This document shows positions 16,026 to 25,889 of a DNA stretch of 64,000 nt, piece by piece. Within the stretch, counting starts at the first letter, position 1. Each line of letters opens with the position of its first letter. The position numbers and the translations under genes were made by a program. The notes under the pieces are model-generated. The model was not told where the DNA came from. It saw only the letters and a program-made list of their open reading frames with translations, and ran no database searches. The stretch is from Pseudomonadota bacterium (GTDB taxonomy: Bacteria; Pseudomonadota; Gammaproteobacteria; Steroidobacterales; Steroidobacteraceae): the NCBI GenBank assembly GCA_021816775.1, contig JAKAXA010000002.1:121113-185112 (forward strand), in the 5' to 3' direction.

Positions 16026-19000
16026 ATGCGCTTTTCGCTGATCCTCTGGTGCCTGCCGTGGGTGCTCAGGCTCTATGCCCGGCGCTCTGCCAAGCTCCGC
16101 GCGCTGATGGCGGCACGCGATTTCACGGTCCAGATCATCGTCAAGGACGGCTCGCGCGGCCGCTGGCTGCGCTTTGAGGGAGGCAGACTGCTCTCCGGCG
16201 CGAGTGCGCGGGCTGACGCCGAGGTCACCCTGCGCTTCAAGTCGGCGGCACTCGGGACGCGCATTCTGACCCGCCTCACCTCCGGAATGTTCCACTTCGC
16301 CTGGCCAGTGCTGAAGCGCTTCCTCGAGCCGATGGAAGTAATCACTGCGGCGAAGAACTTCGCCTTCGAGGTACTCGGACCGGACGAACTTACCGTTCAG
16401 TTCACCGACATCCTGAACGCGATGATCACGCATGGCTGGCGCCAGGGCACGCCGGTCGGCAGCGGCGAGATCCGCTACGTCAACCAGACCAATGGCGGAC
16501 CGGTCTTCGTCTACGTGAAGGACGGCAGGATCGTGCGCATCACACCGATGGAATTCGCCGCCGATGATCCACAGCCCTGGGTCATCGAAGCACGCGGGCG
16601 GAAATTCTCACCGCCGCGGCGGGCGACGCTGAGTCCGCACGGCCTCGCCTCGAAATCGCTCGTCTACTCTCCCAAGCGCCTGCTCTATCCCATGAGGCGC
16701 GTGGACTGGGATCCGCAAGGCGAACGCAACCCCCAGAACCGCGGCAAGTCCGGCTATGTGCGCATCTCATGGGACGAGGCCCTCGACATCGCCGCCAGCG
16801 AGATCAAACGCGTCCGCCGCGAGCACGGCCACGGAGCCATCCTGGGCAGCCACGGTTCGCATCACACCTGGGGCAACATCGGCTATTACCTGAGCGCGCA
16901 GATCCGGTTCATGAACGCCATCGGCCATACCCGCATGGTGCTGAACCCAGACAGCTGGGAGGGGTGGTACTGGGGCGCGATGCATCACTACGGCAATTCG
17001 ATGCGAATGGGCGGCGCCGAGCCTTACGGCCAGCTCGAGGACGCACTGCAGCACGCCGAGCTGATCGTGTTCTGGTCATCTGATCCGGAATCGACCTGCG
17101 GCTCCTACGCGGCGTTCGAAGCCACCGTCCGCCGGCAATGGGCCAGGCAACTCGGAATTAAGATGGTGCACATCGACCCGTATCTGAACCCGACGGCGAA
17201 CTGGCTGGGCGGAAAGTGGATCGCGCCCGTGCCCGGCTCCAGCCCGGCGCTCGCCCACGCCATCGCTTACGTCTGGATCAGCGAAGGACTCTACGATCGC
17301 GAATACATCGAGAAGCGCACCACCGGCTTCGACAAATACCGCGCCTACATCATGGGCGAACGCGACGGGACGCCCAAATCACCTGAATGGCAGGCGCCGG
17401 AAACCGGCGTAGCCCCGCATATCGTGCGCGCCCTGGCCCGCGAATGGGGCCGCAAGAAGACCTATCTGTCCTGCGGCGGCAAGGGCGTGGCCTTCGGCGG
17501 CGCCAACCGCTCCGCCACCGGCGCGCAGTGGGCACGCGCCATGGTCTGTCTGATGACAATGCAGGGCCTCGGAAAGCCCGGGATCAATTTCGGCAATCTC
17601 GGCACGGGCGCTCCGGTCGATCTCGAATTCTATTTCCCGGGCTATGCCGAGGGCGGCATCTCCGGTGATGTGGAATGCACCGCCGATGCGGCGCAGAACT
17701 ATCAGCGCCTGCCGCACCTGATCAGCATGAACACCGTCACGCAGAAGGTGCCGCGCCTGCGGATTCCGGAAGCCATTCTGGATGGCAAAACGGAAGGCTA
17801 CCCCACTGACAGCCGTTCGCTCGAGGGCCAGTTCCAGAAGTTCAGCTACCCCTCGCCCGGCCACTCGCCGGTGCGCATGATGTACAAATACGGCGGCTCG
17901 CATTTCGGCACCACGATGGAAAGCGGTCGGCTGGCTGACGCTCTGCGCAGCGAGAACCTGGAGTTCGTGCTCAATCAGTCCATCTGGAACGAGGGCGAGG
18001 CACAGTTCGCCGACCTCATCCTCCCGGCCTGCACCAATTTCGAGCGCGCCGACATCAGCGAATGGGCAGGATCGGGCGGTTACGTTCATCACAATCACAA
18101 TCAGATGAACCACCGCGTCATCACGCTGCAGCACAAATGCATCGAGCCACTCGGCGAATCAAAATCGGACTTTCAGATCTTCCTGGAGCTTGCCAAGCGT
18201 CTCGGCCTCAGCTCCTACTTCGGCGAGGGCAAGACGGAATTGCTCTGGTGCCACGAGATTTACCTCAGCTCCGATCTGCCGAAGGCGATTTCCTGGAGGA
18301 AGCTCCTGCGCAAGGGCTATTACGTGGTACCGCCGGAAACCAACGCCGCGAACCGCACCAAGACGAGCTGGCGGTGGTTCGCCGAAGGCCGCAAGAAGGA
18401 CGTGCCCGAACCCGCGCCTCTTCCCGCCGAATATGGCGGCGAGTATCTCGACGGATTGCAGACGCAATCGGGCCTGTTCGAGTTCGAGTCCTCCAGCCTC
18501 GAGCGCTACGGCGAGGATCCGGAGCGCCCGCCGCTCAACATCTATATCCCTGCCTGGGAAGGCCGGCAGACGGGGGCGCTCTACGCACGCTACCCGCTGC
18601 AGCTGATCTCTCCTCACCCGCGTTTCAGCTTCCACACCCAGACCGACGGCAAGGACGGAGTGCTTAACGACATCACCGATCACCGCGTGCTGCGGGATGG
18701 TCACTATTATTGGATCGCACGGCTCAATCCCGCCGACGCACGCGCCCGTGGCATCGCACAGCACGACCTGATCAAGTTGTACAACGACCGCGGCGCGGTG
18801 ATCTGCGCCGCCGTGCTGACCGAGCGGCTCCTGGCCGGCGTCGTGCACGCGTACAGCTCCTCGGCGGAATATCAACCGGTAGGCGAGGCCGGCGCCACCG
18901 CGGACATCGGCGGCTGCATCAACGTCCTGACGTCTAAGCGCCATATGACGGAGAAGACCTCGGCCTGCGCCCCCAACTCCTGCCTGATTGAGATCGAAAA

Positions 19001-19028
19001 GTGGCACCCCGAAGGAGCTGGCCCATGA
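16026..19028 (+). CDS. AthL-like large subunit, paralog D, with about 145-aa N-terminal extension (hydrophobic helix + SCP2-like domain)
   Basis: ORF 15852..19028 trimmed to the first ATG clear of the divergent gene. Residues about 146-1000: GGPVFVYVKDGRIVRITPMEF, GSHHTWG, NPDSWEGWYWG, FYFPGYAEGGISGD, ILPACTNFERADISEW, LISPHPRFSFHT, CLIEIEKW. The start codon is uncertain: there is no clear SD, and ATG 16422 is an alternative. Confidence 0.85.
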   Translation: MRFSLILWCLPWVLRLYARRSAKLRALMAARDFTVQIIVKDGSRGRWLRFEGGRLLSGASARADAEVTLRFKSAALGTRILTRLTSGMFHFAWPVLKRFLEPMEVITAAKNFAFEVLGPDELTVQFTDILNAMITHGWRQGTPVGSGEIRYVNQTNGGPVFVYVKDGRIVRITPMEFAADDPQPWVIEARGRKFSPPRRATLSPHGLASKSLVYSPKRLLYPMRRVDWDPQGERNPQNRGKSGYVRISWDEALDIAASEIKRVRREHGHGAILGSHGSHHTWGNIGYYLSAQIRFMNAIGHTRMVLNPDSWEGWYWGAMHHYGNSMRMGGAEPYGQLEDALQHAELIVFWSSDPESTCGSYAAFEATVRRQWARQLGIKMVHIDPYLNPTANWLGGKWIAPVPGSSPALAHAIAYVWISEGLYDREYIEKRTTGFDKYRAYIMGERDGTPKSPEWQAPETGVAPHIVRALAREWGRKKTYLSCGGKGVAFGGANRSATGAQWARAMVCLMTMQGLGKPGINFGNLGTGAPVDLEFYFPGYAEGGISGDVECTADAAQNYQRLPHLISMNTVTQKVPRLRIPEAILDGKTEGYPTDSRSLEGQFQKFSYPSPGHSPVRMMYKYGGSHFGTTMESGRLADALRSENLEFVLNQSIWNEGEAQFADLILPACTNFERADISEWAGSGGYVHHNHNQMNHRVITLQHKCIEPLGESKSDFQIFLELAKRLGLSSYFGEGKTELLWCHEIYLSSDLPKAISWRKLLRKGYYVVPPETNAANRTKTSWRWFAEGRKKDVPEPAPLPAEYGGEYLDGLQTQSGLFEFESSSLERYGEDPERPPLNIYIPAWEGRQTGALYARYPLQLISPHPRFSFHTQTDGKDGVLNDITDHRVLRDGHYYWIARLNPADARARGIAQHDLIKLYNDRGAVICAAVLTERLLAGVVHAYSSSAEYQPVGEAGATADIGGCINVLTSKRHMTEKTSACAPNSCLIEIEKWHPEGAGP

Positions 19029-19873
19029 AGAAGTGGAATCTCGTGATCGATGTTGCCGAGTGCCACAACTGCAACAATTGCTTTCTCGCCGTCAAGGACG
19101 AATATGTCGGCAATGACATTCCGGGCTACTGCGCGGCCCAGCCGTCGCACGGCCACAGATGGATCAACATCCTGAGCCGGGAACGGGGGCGAGCACCGAT
19201 GGTCGATGCCGCACACGTGCCCACTACCTGCAACCATTGCGATGCCGCGCCCTGCATCGCCGCAGGCAGAGGCGCGGTAAAGAAGCGGCCGGACGGGATC
19301 GTGCTGATCGAACCCGAGGCGGCGAAGGGCCGCAAGGACCTCGTAACCGCGTGCCCCTATGGGGCGATCTGGTGGAATGAGGAACGCTCACTCCCCCAGG
19401 CCTGGCCGTTCGATGCCCATCTGCTCGATCGCGGCTGGCCGGCTCCGCGCCCCGTGCAGTCCTGCCCGACGGGGGCGATCCGGGCGCTGAAGGTGAGCGA
19501 CACCGAAATGACGCAGATGGCGCGCGCGCAGGAGCTGCAAACCCTGCGGCCGGAGCTGGGCACGAGGCCACGGGTCTATTACCGGAACCTGCATCGTTAT
19601 ACGCATCTCTTTGCCGGCGGCACGGTGCTCGGCGCCAAGGGCGGCGTCATCGATTGCCTGGCGGGCGCGCGCCTCGAGCTGCTCAACAGCGGGCGTGTAA
19701 TCGCGGCGACCGAGACCGACACTTTCGGGGACTTCAAATTCGACCGACTGGCACCCGACAGCGGCGCCTACGAGATCCGCGCCACTCACACGGATCATCG
19801 TCCGGTCTCGGTGCAGTTCGAAGTACACCGGGCGAGCGCCGTGCTGGAAGATATCCTGCTCGAATCGGCGTAG
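19025..19873 (+). CDS. BthL-like Fe-S subunit partner of paralog D
   Basis: ATGA overlap with the upstream stop. MKKWNLVIDVAECHNCNNCFLAVKDEYVGND and further Cys clusters. C-terminal beta domain (FGDFKFDRLAPDSGAYEIRA). Confidence 0.9.
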   Translation: MKKWNLVIDVAECHNCNNCFLAVKDEYVGNDIPGYCAAQPSHGHRWINILSRERGRAPMVDAAHVPTTCNHCDAAPCIAAGRGAVKKRPDGIVLIEPEAAKGRKDLVTACPYGAIWWNEERSLPQAWPFDAHLLDRGWPAPRPVQSCPTGAIRALKVSDTEMTQMARAQELQTLRPELGTRPRVYYRNLHRYTHLFAGGTVLGAKGGVIDCLAGARLELLNSGRVIAATETDTFGDFKFDRLAPDSGAYEIRATHTDHRPVSVQFEVHRASAVLEDILLESA

Positions 19874-19902
19874 GCTCACGCAACCAGACTAAAGATGCGG
19901 CC

Positions 19903-20898
19903 ATGCCCAACGTCAAGTCCCCGCCCGCACGCGTGAAGATTCCCCTCGGGCAATCCGGCGGCTATCGCGCCATCGCCGAGCGCGAGATCGATTCGCGCCT
20001 GCTGCGCCACTTCCTCGCGGTCGCCGAATCCAGGAGCTTCACCGCCGCAGCCGAAGCGCTCAACCTGACGCAGCCCGGTCTGACCAAGAGCGTTCACAAG
20101 CTGGAGCAGATCCTGAGTGTGAAGTTGCTGGAGCGCCACCGTACCGGCGTCGAGCCCACGCCATTCGGCGAGGCATTGGCCTCGCGCGCACGGCTGATCG
20201 AGCTCGAGCTGGCCCATGCGCTGTCCGAGATCGAATCGATGAAGGGCGGCCTCACGGGAACCGTCAACGTCGGCGTCGGCCCGAGTTTCATCAATTGCGT
20301 ATCACAGGTCGTCCTGGCGATGCAGGTCCAGCGCCCTAATGTCCGGGTCAACATTTCCGTGGCCGTCATGGACACCCTGCTCGCCGGCCTGATCAGCGCC
20401 GGCTTCGACATCATCTGCACCTCGCTGGAATTTCCCTCCTACCCCGAGATCACCAAGGAGCCGCTGGGCGTCGGCGAGCATCTCGTGATCTCTGCGGCGG
20501 ATCACGCTCTGCAGCACCGCGGAGCGGTGAACCCCAAGGACCTGCTCGCCTATCCCTGGGTGGCGTTTTCCAAAGACAACATGGGCATCGCTCGCATGGG
20601 CGCAGTATTCGCGGCCAACCGGCTGCGGCCGCCGAGGATCACCAGCACCACCAACTCGATCGAGGTGATGTTCGATCTCGTGACGAAGAGCAATTGCCTC
20701 ACCAGCATCCCGGCGTCGCTGCGGATTAATGCGCTCGCCCGGGGCCTCGCCGAGCTTCCCGTGAAGGGCGCACTGTGGCAAGCCACTCTCGGCATCGCCT
20801 ACCGCAGGAGCGCGGCATCCTCCGCGCCGCTTCAGGCCTTCATCACCGCCTGCCGCGAGGTGTGCCGCATTCCGGATCGCCCGGACCTCGCCCCATGA
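19903..20898 (+). CDS. LysR-family transcriptional regulator
   Basis: ORF trimmed to ATG 19903. HTH LRHFLAVAESRSFTAAAEALNLTQPGLTKSVHKLEQILSVKLLER. Confidence 0.85.
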   Translation: MPNVKSPPARVKIPLGQSGGYRAIAEREIDSRLLRHFLAVAESRSFTAAAEALNLTQPGLTKSVHKLEQILSVKLLERHRTGVEPTPFGEALASRARLIELELAHALSEIESMKGGLTGTVNVGVGPSFINCVSQVVLAMQVQRPNVRVNISVAVMDTLLAGLISAGFDIICTSLEFPSYPEITKEPLGVGEHLVISAADHALQHRGAVNPKDLLAYPWVAFSKDNMGIARMGAVFAANRLRPPRITSTTNSIEVMFDLVTKSNCLTSIPASLRINALARGLAELPVKGALWQATLGIAYRRSAASSAPLQAFITACREVCRIPDRPDLAP

Positions 20899-20999
20899 CT
20901 CGCCGTTCTACAAATGGCTGCAGTGTGCAGGGGCGGTGGCCGGATGGGTCTCACCCCCGACACGGGGAGCGGGCGCCGTAGCGCATACGTAAAGCGGGC

Positions 21000-21893
21000 C
21001 TACGCTACGTGATCCGTCAGTGTTCCGCCCACGAGCAACTCCGCCAATCGCCGTCCGGTTCGACCCAGCGGGGCGTTGGTCCGATGGACAAGCAGCGGGG
21101 TGAAGCTGTAGCGGGATCCTCCCGTATAGCGCACTTCCCTGAGCGTCCCGGCGTGCAGCTCGCGATTGACCAGATAACGCGGCATCCATCCGAATCCCAG
21201 GCCCATCCGCAGAGCCTGCTTCTTGGCCGTGAACCCCGCGAGGTAGAAAACACGATCGCCCCCAAACATGTGCTCATCGTCGCCACGGTCGCTCGAGTCT
21301 TGGACGGAGAGCTCGACGTGCTCATGAAGCTCGCTGAGAGTAACGCGGGAGCGGGCCGCGAGTGGGTGGCTGGGAGAGACACATAGAATGCATTCGACTC
21401 TCTCGAGTTGATGCGCTTCGAGATCAGGTCGGCCCACATAGTCTTTCACGACCATGATATCGGCGTTGTCTTTGTCGAATCGGAAATGCACGCCACCCAG
21501 GTACTCGACCTTCAATTGAATTCGCGTCGGCACTTTTTCGTCGGCCAGCGTCTTCAGAGCCCGCAAAGTCGTCTCGAGCGGCAGAATTCCATCGAGAATC
21601 ACGGTGAGTCGCGGCTCCCAGCCACTCGAAAACTGCCGGGCCATCGACGCCATACGATCCGCGTGGCCGAGCAGGCGGCGCCCCTCCGCGAGCAGCGCCT
21701 CCCCCGCGGCGGTCAATCGAACACGATAACCCGTCCGGTCCAGCAGCGGTACGCCAAGCTGCGTCTCGAGCTTTTCGACCTGATAGCTCACCGTCGACTG
21801 AACTCGGTTCAGCGCCGCGGCCGCCGGCGCGAAACCGCCATGACGTGCCACGGCATCCAAGGCGCTAATGGCGTCGAGATCGGGGCGCATCAT
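21000..21893 (-). CDS. LysR-family transcriptional regulator
   Basis: HTH ISALDAVARHGGFAPAAAALNRVQSTVSYQVEKLETQLGVPLLDR. Divergent from the TPP-enzyme gene. Confidence 0.85.
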   Translation of the reverse strand: MMRPDLDAISALDAVARHGGFAPAAAALNRVQSTVSYQVEKLETQLGVPLLDRTGYRVRLTAAGEALLAEGRRLLGHADRMASMARQFSSGWEPRLTVILDGILPLETTLRALKTLADEKVPTRIQLKVEYLGGVHFRFDKDNADIMVVKDYVGRPDLEAHQLERVECILCVSPSHPLAARSRVTLSELHEHVELSVQDSSDRGDDEHMFGGDRVFYLAGFTAKKQALRMGLGFGWMPRYLVNRELHAGTLREVRYTGGSRYSFTPLLVHRTNAPLGRTGRRLAELLVGGTLTDHVA

Positions 21894-22058
21894 GATCTAT
21901 AAGTTCGAATGAGAATGCCGGAATTATACGCTTTTCTCGGTCCTTCGCACCCCGTACGCTGGCTCGGCCGCAACCCAGCGACAGCGGGTCTGCCTGGGTG
22001 ATGACGGAGTTCTTGAGATCTGCGCTGAAAGGCAAGGCTTGCACCGCGGAAAGATCGG

Positions 22059-23699
22059 ATGAGCCAGAAAAACACCGCAGAAGCGATCGTCGACACGCTG
22101 ATCGCCAACGGGGTCGACACCGTGTTCGGCCTGCCGGGTGCCCAGACGTATTCGCTTTTTGATGCGTTGTATCAGCGCCGGGATGTCATCCGTACGATCG
22201 GGGCACGGCATGAGCAGGCACTCGCTTACATGGCATTTGGCTACGCCTGTTCGACCGGCAGATTGGGTGTCTATGCTCCCGTGCCTGGACCGGGTCTACT
22301 GAATACCACCGCGGCGATGTGCACCGCCTATGGCGCATGTGCACCGACGCTGTGCATTACAGGTGAGGTGCCGTCGGACTTCAAAGGCCGGGGCCGCGGA
22401 CACCTGCATGAGTTGGGCGATCAGCTGGGTATTTTGCGGCGGCTCACCCGTCACGCACAGCACATCGAGCGTCCGCAAGAGGCTCCATCCGCCATCAATG
22501 CGGCGATCGCCGCCGCGATGAGCGGCCGGCGGGGTCCCGCGGCGGTCTCGGTCTGCTGGGATACTTTGGGCGAATCCGCCCTCATCGAGCAATGCGTCCC
22601 CGCTGAAATTCCGGTCGCCCCGCCGCCGGATGCTCGGCAGGTGGCACGATGCATACGACTGATCCGCGAGGCCAAGCGCCCGATGATCTTCACCGGCAGC
22701 GGCGCGCAGCATGCCGCTCCTGCCGTACAGGCCTTTGCGGAGCGCCTGCAGGCGCCGGTCGTGGCTTGTCGCGGCGGTCGCGGAATCGTCGGGCAGGACC
22801 GTCCTCTCGGCCTCGACATCGCCACGGCGTGGCATTTGTGGGACGAAGTCGATCTCATGATCGGCATCGGCACACGCCTGGAGATCCCCTTCATGCGCTG
22901 GGGCTCGATGATGCAGGCCCTTCGCGCCCTCCCCGGCCGCAAGCTCATCCGCATCGACATCGACCCCACCGAGATGGACAAGCTCGACACCGACGGCCCG
23001 CTGGTTGCGGATGCCGAGGCCGGCGTGCGGGCGTTGGTGGCCGCGCTCGATGCCGCGGGTTACGTGGCGCGCGCCCATTCCGCAAAAATCGCGCAGGCCA
23101 AGGAGCGCACCGCCGTCGAGATCCGGCGCGTACAGCCGCAGATGGCTTATCTCGAGGTGATCCGTGAGGCACTGCCGCGCGACGGAATCCTGGTCGAGGA
23201 GCTGACACAGGTCGGGTTCACCTCTCACTTCGGATGGCCGGTGTACGAGCCGCGCACCTACATCAGCTGCGGCTATCAGGGCACGCTCGGCTTCGGCTTC
23301 CCGAGCGCGCTCGGGGTCAAGATCGCGCATCCCGACCGCGCGGTGGTGTCGATCACGGGGGACGGCGGGTTCATGTTCGCCATGCCGGAACTCTCCACGG
23401 CGGTTCAGTATGGCATTGGAGTGGTCACCATCGTCTTCGACAATTCCGCCTTTGAAAACGTCCGCCGCGATCAGCAGCAGCGGTTTGCCGGCCGCGAGAT
23501 GGGCTCAAGACTGCTTAATCCGGACTTCCATGACCTGGCGAGAACCTTCGGCGTCGAAGCATACCGGGTCGATTCGCCCGCAGCGTTACGTCCCGCGCTG
23601 CAGCGGGCGCTGGCGCTGCGCGCGCCGGCTCTGATCCATGTGCGGGTTACGCCGGCCACGGAAGTCTCGCCGTGGCCATTCCTCATGCACAGCCCATAA
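22059..23699 (+). CDS. Thiamine-diphosphate-dependent enzyme (acetolactate synthase / benzoylformate decarboxylase superfamily)
   Basis: N-terminal domain VFGLPGAQTYSLFDAL...RHEQALAYMAFGYA. TPP motif ITGDGGFMFAMPELSTAVQYGIGVVTIVFDNSAF. Confidence 0.85.
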   Translation: MSQKNTAEAIVDTLIANGVDTVFGLPGAQTYSLFDALYQRRDVIRTIGARHEQALAYMAFGYACSTGRLGVYAPVPGPGLLNTTAAMCTAYGACAPTLCITGEVPSDFKGRGRGHLHELGDQLGILRRLTRHAQHIERPQEAPSAINAAIAAAMSGRRGPAAVSVCWDTLGESALIEQCVPAEIPVAPPPDARQVARCIRLIREAKRPMIFTGSGAQHAAPAVQAFAERLQAPVVACRGGRGIVGQDRPLGLDIATAWHLWDEVDLMIGIGTRLEIPFMRWGSMMQALRALPGRKLIRIDIDPTEMDKLDTDGPLVADAEAGVRALVAALDAAGYVARAHSAKIAQAKERTAVEIRRVQPQMAYLEVIREALPRDGILVEELTQVGFTSHFGWPVYEPRTYISCGYQGTLGFGFPSALGVKIAHPDRAVVSITGDGGFMFAMPELSTAVQYGIGVVTIVFDNSAFENVRRDQQQRFAGREMGSRLLNPDFHDLARTFGVEAYRVDSPAALRPALQRALALRAPALIHVRVTPATEVSPWPFLMHSP

Positions 23700-24371
23700 C
23701 GAGTCCCGAGGCGCTCGCCATCAGCGCCGGAGGCACCGATGCGCCACAGACCAGTCCCCGGGGTCAGGGTAATCCGCGCGTTGTTAAAGAAGTGCGCCCC
23801 GCAGAAGCATGCAAACAGCGCGGGAATCGCTGCGCCGCAGAGCGGCTGCAGCCAGAGAAGCGCGAGTGCGGCGCCGCTCATGGACAGCACCATGACGACG
23901 TGCGACCGGTGTGGTCCGGCAGCCGGGGGCAGTATCAGGGCCGCCGCCTTGGATCCGAACCCGATGACCGAACTGACCTCGCTCATCTGCCGGAAGGTGA
24001 CGCGCAAGTCGTCGCGCAGAAAGCTCGGCATCAGGGCGCCCTTGATTACGAGGCTGTTCGGCCGACACAGCACGCCGAGCATCGACATCCGCGCGGTCCG
24101 GTGACCAAGCCCAGCGCCGTTCCGCCAGTGGGCTGCAACCCGCCGCACGTCCCGGCGGCGCGGACCTGCCGATGATGCGCTTGGTGATCCCCGTGAGCAG
24201 GAATAGCGGGATGATGAGAATCAGAATGATGAGCCGTCAGCGAAATGCCGCAGGGGCATACGACCAGCAATGGTGAAGATCCCGCTCGGACAGCGTGAAC
24301 GTCGTCTGCTGGACGCCGAGATGGAAGCGAGCCTGCCACCCGCAGACGTTGTCGCGCCGAATGCTCCCCGA

Positions 24372-25889
24372 TCAGCCGCCTGGGGTTGGCAAATCGATCG
24401 CCCCGCCCATCGGCCTGCCGGGCGGCTCGCCCGACGCCGGGGAGATTCCGAGCCCGAGCTGCCGATAACGGCCCGGGTCAGTCTTTCGAAGGCGCCACGC
24501 GCCGAGCGCCCCGAGGCACCCCGCCGCGAGAATAAGGCTCGGCAGCACAATTCGGAGCATCCCCTTCGAGCCGGTCAAAACATCAAAATGCACGACGGCC
24601 AGCGCCAGAATGACCAGCAGCGCCACCGCCGCGAGTGCCGGCGCAATGCGCGTTCGCACGATCCCGCCGATCGGCGCGTCCCGACGGGAGAAGAACACCA
24701 GAACGGCGACCGATGCCAGCGCCATGAGCGCGATTACCCCGAGCGTTCCCACGTTGGTGACGCAGGCAAACAGCGTGATCAGCGGATTGGCTCCCAGCGC
24801 CGCGTACACCGTCACGACCACCACTGCGATCGCCGACTGCACCATGGAGCCAATATGCGGACTCGAATGACGGGCATGAGTGTGCCCGAGCCGCTTCGGT
24901 AGCAGTCCGTCCCTGCCGAGGACGTAGAAGTACCTCGCCGCCGCGTTGTGAAACGCTAGCAGTCCGGCGAACACGCTGGTGACGAACAGTACGCTCATGA
25001 TCGCCGACAGCCAGTGACCAACGTACCGATCGGCCAATTCGAACAGAAACCGTGTCGGGTCCGGCATAGCACTCAGGTGCGCGAGAAGACCGCCGACGCC
25101 CGACCCGACGATGAGGGACCAGAGCGAGAAGACATAGAAGCCGCCGATCAGCAGAACCGCCAGGTACGTCGCCCGTGGGATGGTGCGCACCGGGTCCCGA
25201 GCCTCCTCCCCGTAGATCGTAGTTGCCTCGAATCCCATGAAGGCCGCAAAGCAGAACAGGAGCGCGATCGACGGCGAGCCGCCGAGCGCCGCGGCCGGCG
25301 TAAAGGACTGGAACGTGACGCCGTGCGCGCCGCCGCTGCGAAGGATCGCCACGTCCAGAATCAATACCGCCAGGTACTCGCCACTGACCAGAACGGCAAG
25401 GATCTTCGCCGACAGATCCACCTGCCGATACCCCAGCACCGCAATACTGGCGACCGCCAGCAAAGCATAGCCGTACCAGGGAAGCTCGATCCCCGCGTAC
25501 TGCCGGAAAAGCGCTCCGGCAGCGGCGCCAAACATACCGTAGATGCCCACCTGCATTGCGTTGTACGCAACCACTGCGATCGCGGCCGCGGCGCCGCCAG
25601 CGATGCCCCCGAGGCCACGCGCAGCAAACGCATAGAAACCTCCGGCCGTAACGACATATCGCGCCATCGCCGTGTAACCGGCCGCGAAGAGGAGCAGGAT
25701 GGCCGTGCAACTCAGCAACATCGCCGGCAATCCCGGCCCGTCCCCCAACAGCATCGCAATGGGGAACCCCCCCGCAATTGCAACCAGTGGGCCTGCGGCG
25801 GACACAACAAAGAAAGTGACCGCGCCGATGCCCACGGCCCCCTCGCGCAGCCGATTCCCCTGCAAGCGGTCAGCCATCACATCAGCCAT
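24372..25889 (-). CDS. APC-superfamily amino acid/polyamine permease
   Basis: ORF trimmed to ATG 25889 (GGAGGA 3-4 nt upstream). About 12 hydrophobic helices over the whole length. Confidence 0.8.
   Translation of the reverse strand: MADVMADRLQGNRLREGAVGIGAVTFFVVSAAGPLVAIAGGFPIAMLLGDGPGLPAMLLSCTAILLLFAAGYTAMARYVVTAGGFYAFAARGLGGIAGGAAAAIAVVAYNAMQVGIYGMFGAAAGALFRQYAGIELPWYGYALLAVASIAVLGYRQVDLSAKILAVLVSGEYLAVLILDVAILRSGGAHGVTFQSFTPAAALGGSPSIALLFCFAAFMGFEATTIYGEEARDPVRTIPRATYLAVLLIGGFYVFSLWSLIVGSGVGGLLAHLSAMPDPTRFLFELADRYVGHWLSAIMSVLFVTSVFAGLLAFHNAAARYFYVLGRDGLLPKRLGHTHARHSSPHIGSMVQSAIAVVVVTVYAALGANPLITLFACVTNVGTLGVIALMALASVAVLVFFSRRDAPIGGIVRTRIAPALAAVALLVILALAVVHFDVLTGSKGMLRIVLPSLILAAGCLGALGAWRLRKTDPGRYRQLGLGISPASGEPPGRPMGGAIDLPTPGG

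Noticed and set aside
21894-22058. TATAA-N21-TTATA and a TTCGAA palindrome in the LysR/TPP-enzyme divergent region, considered as a LysR T-N11-A box.
   Set aside because: The spacing does not fit the T-N11-A consensus, and the match is too short to separate from chance.
23471-24148. A 225-aa minus-strand ORF as a membrane-protein gene.
   Set aside because: It would overlap the well-supported TPP-enzyme gene by about 230 nt, and its 3' half is Arg/Ala-rich. It is treated as a possible remnant (see the finding at 23700-24371), not called as a CDS.
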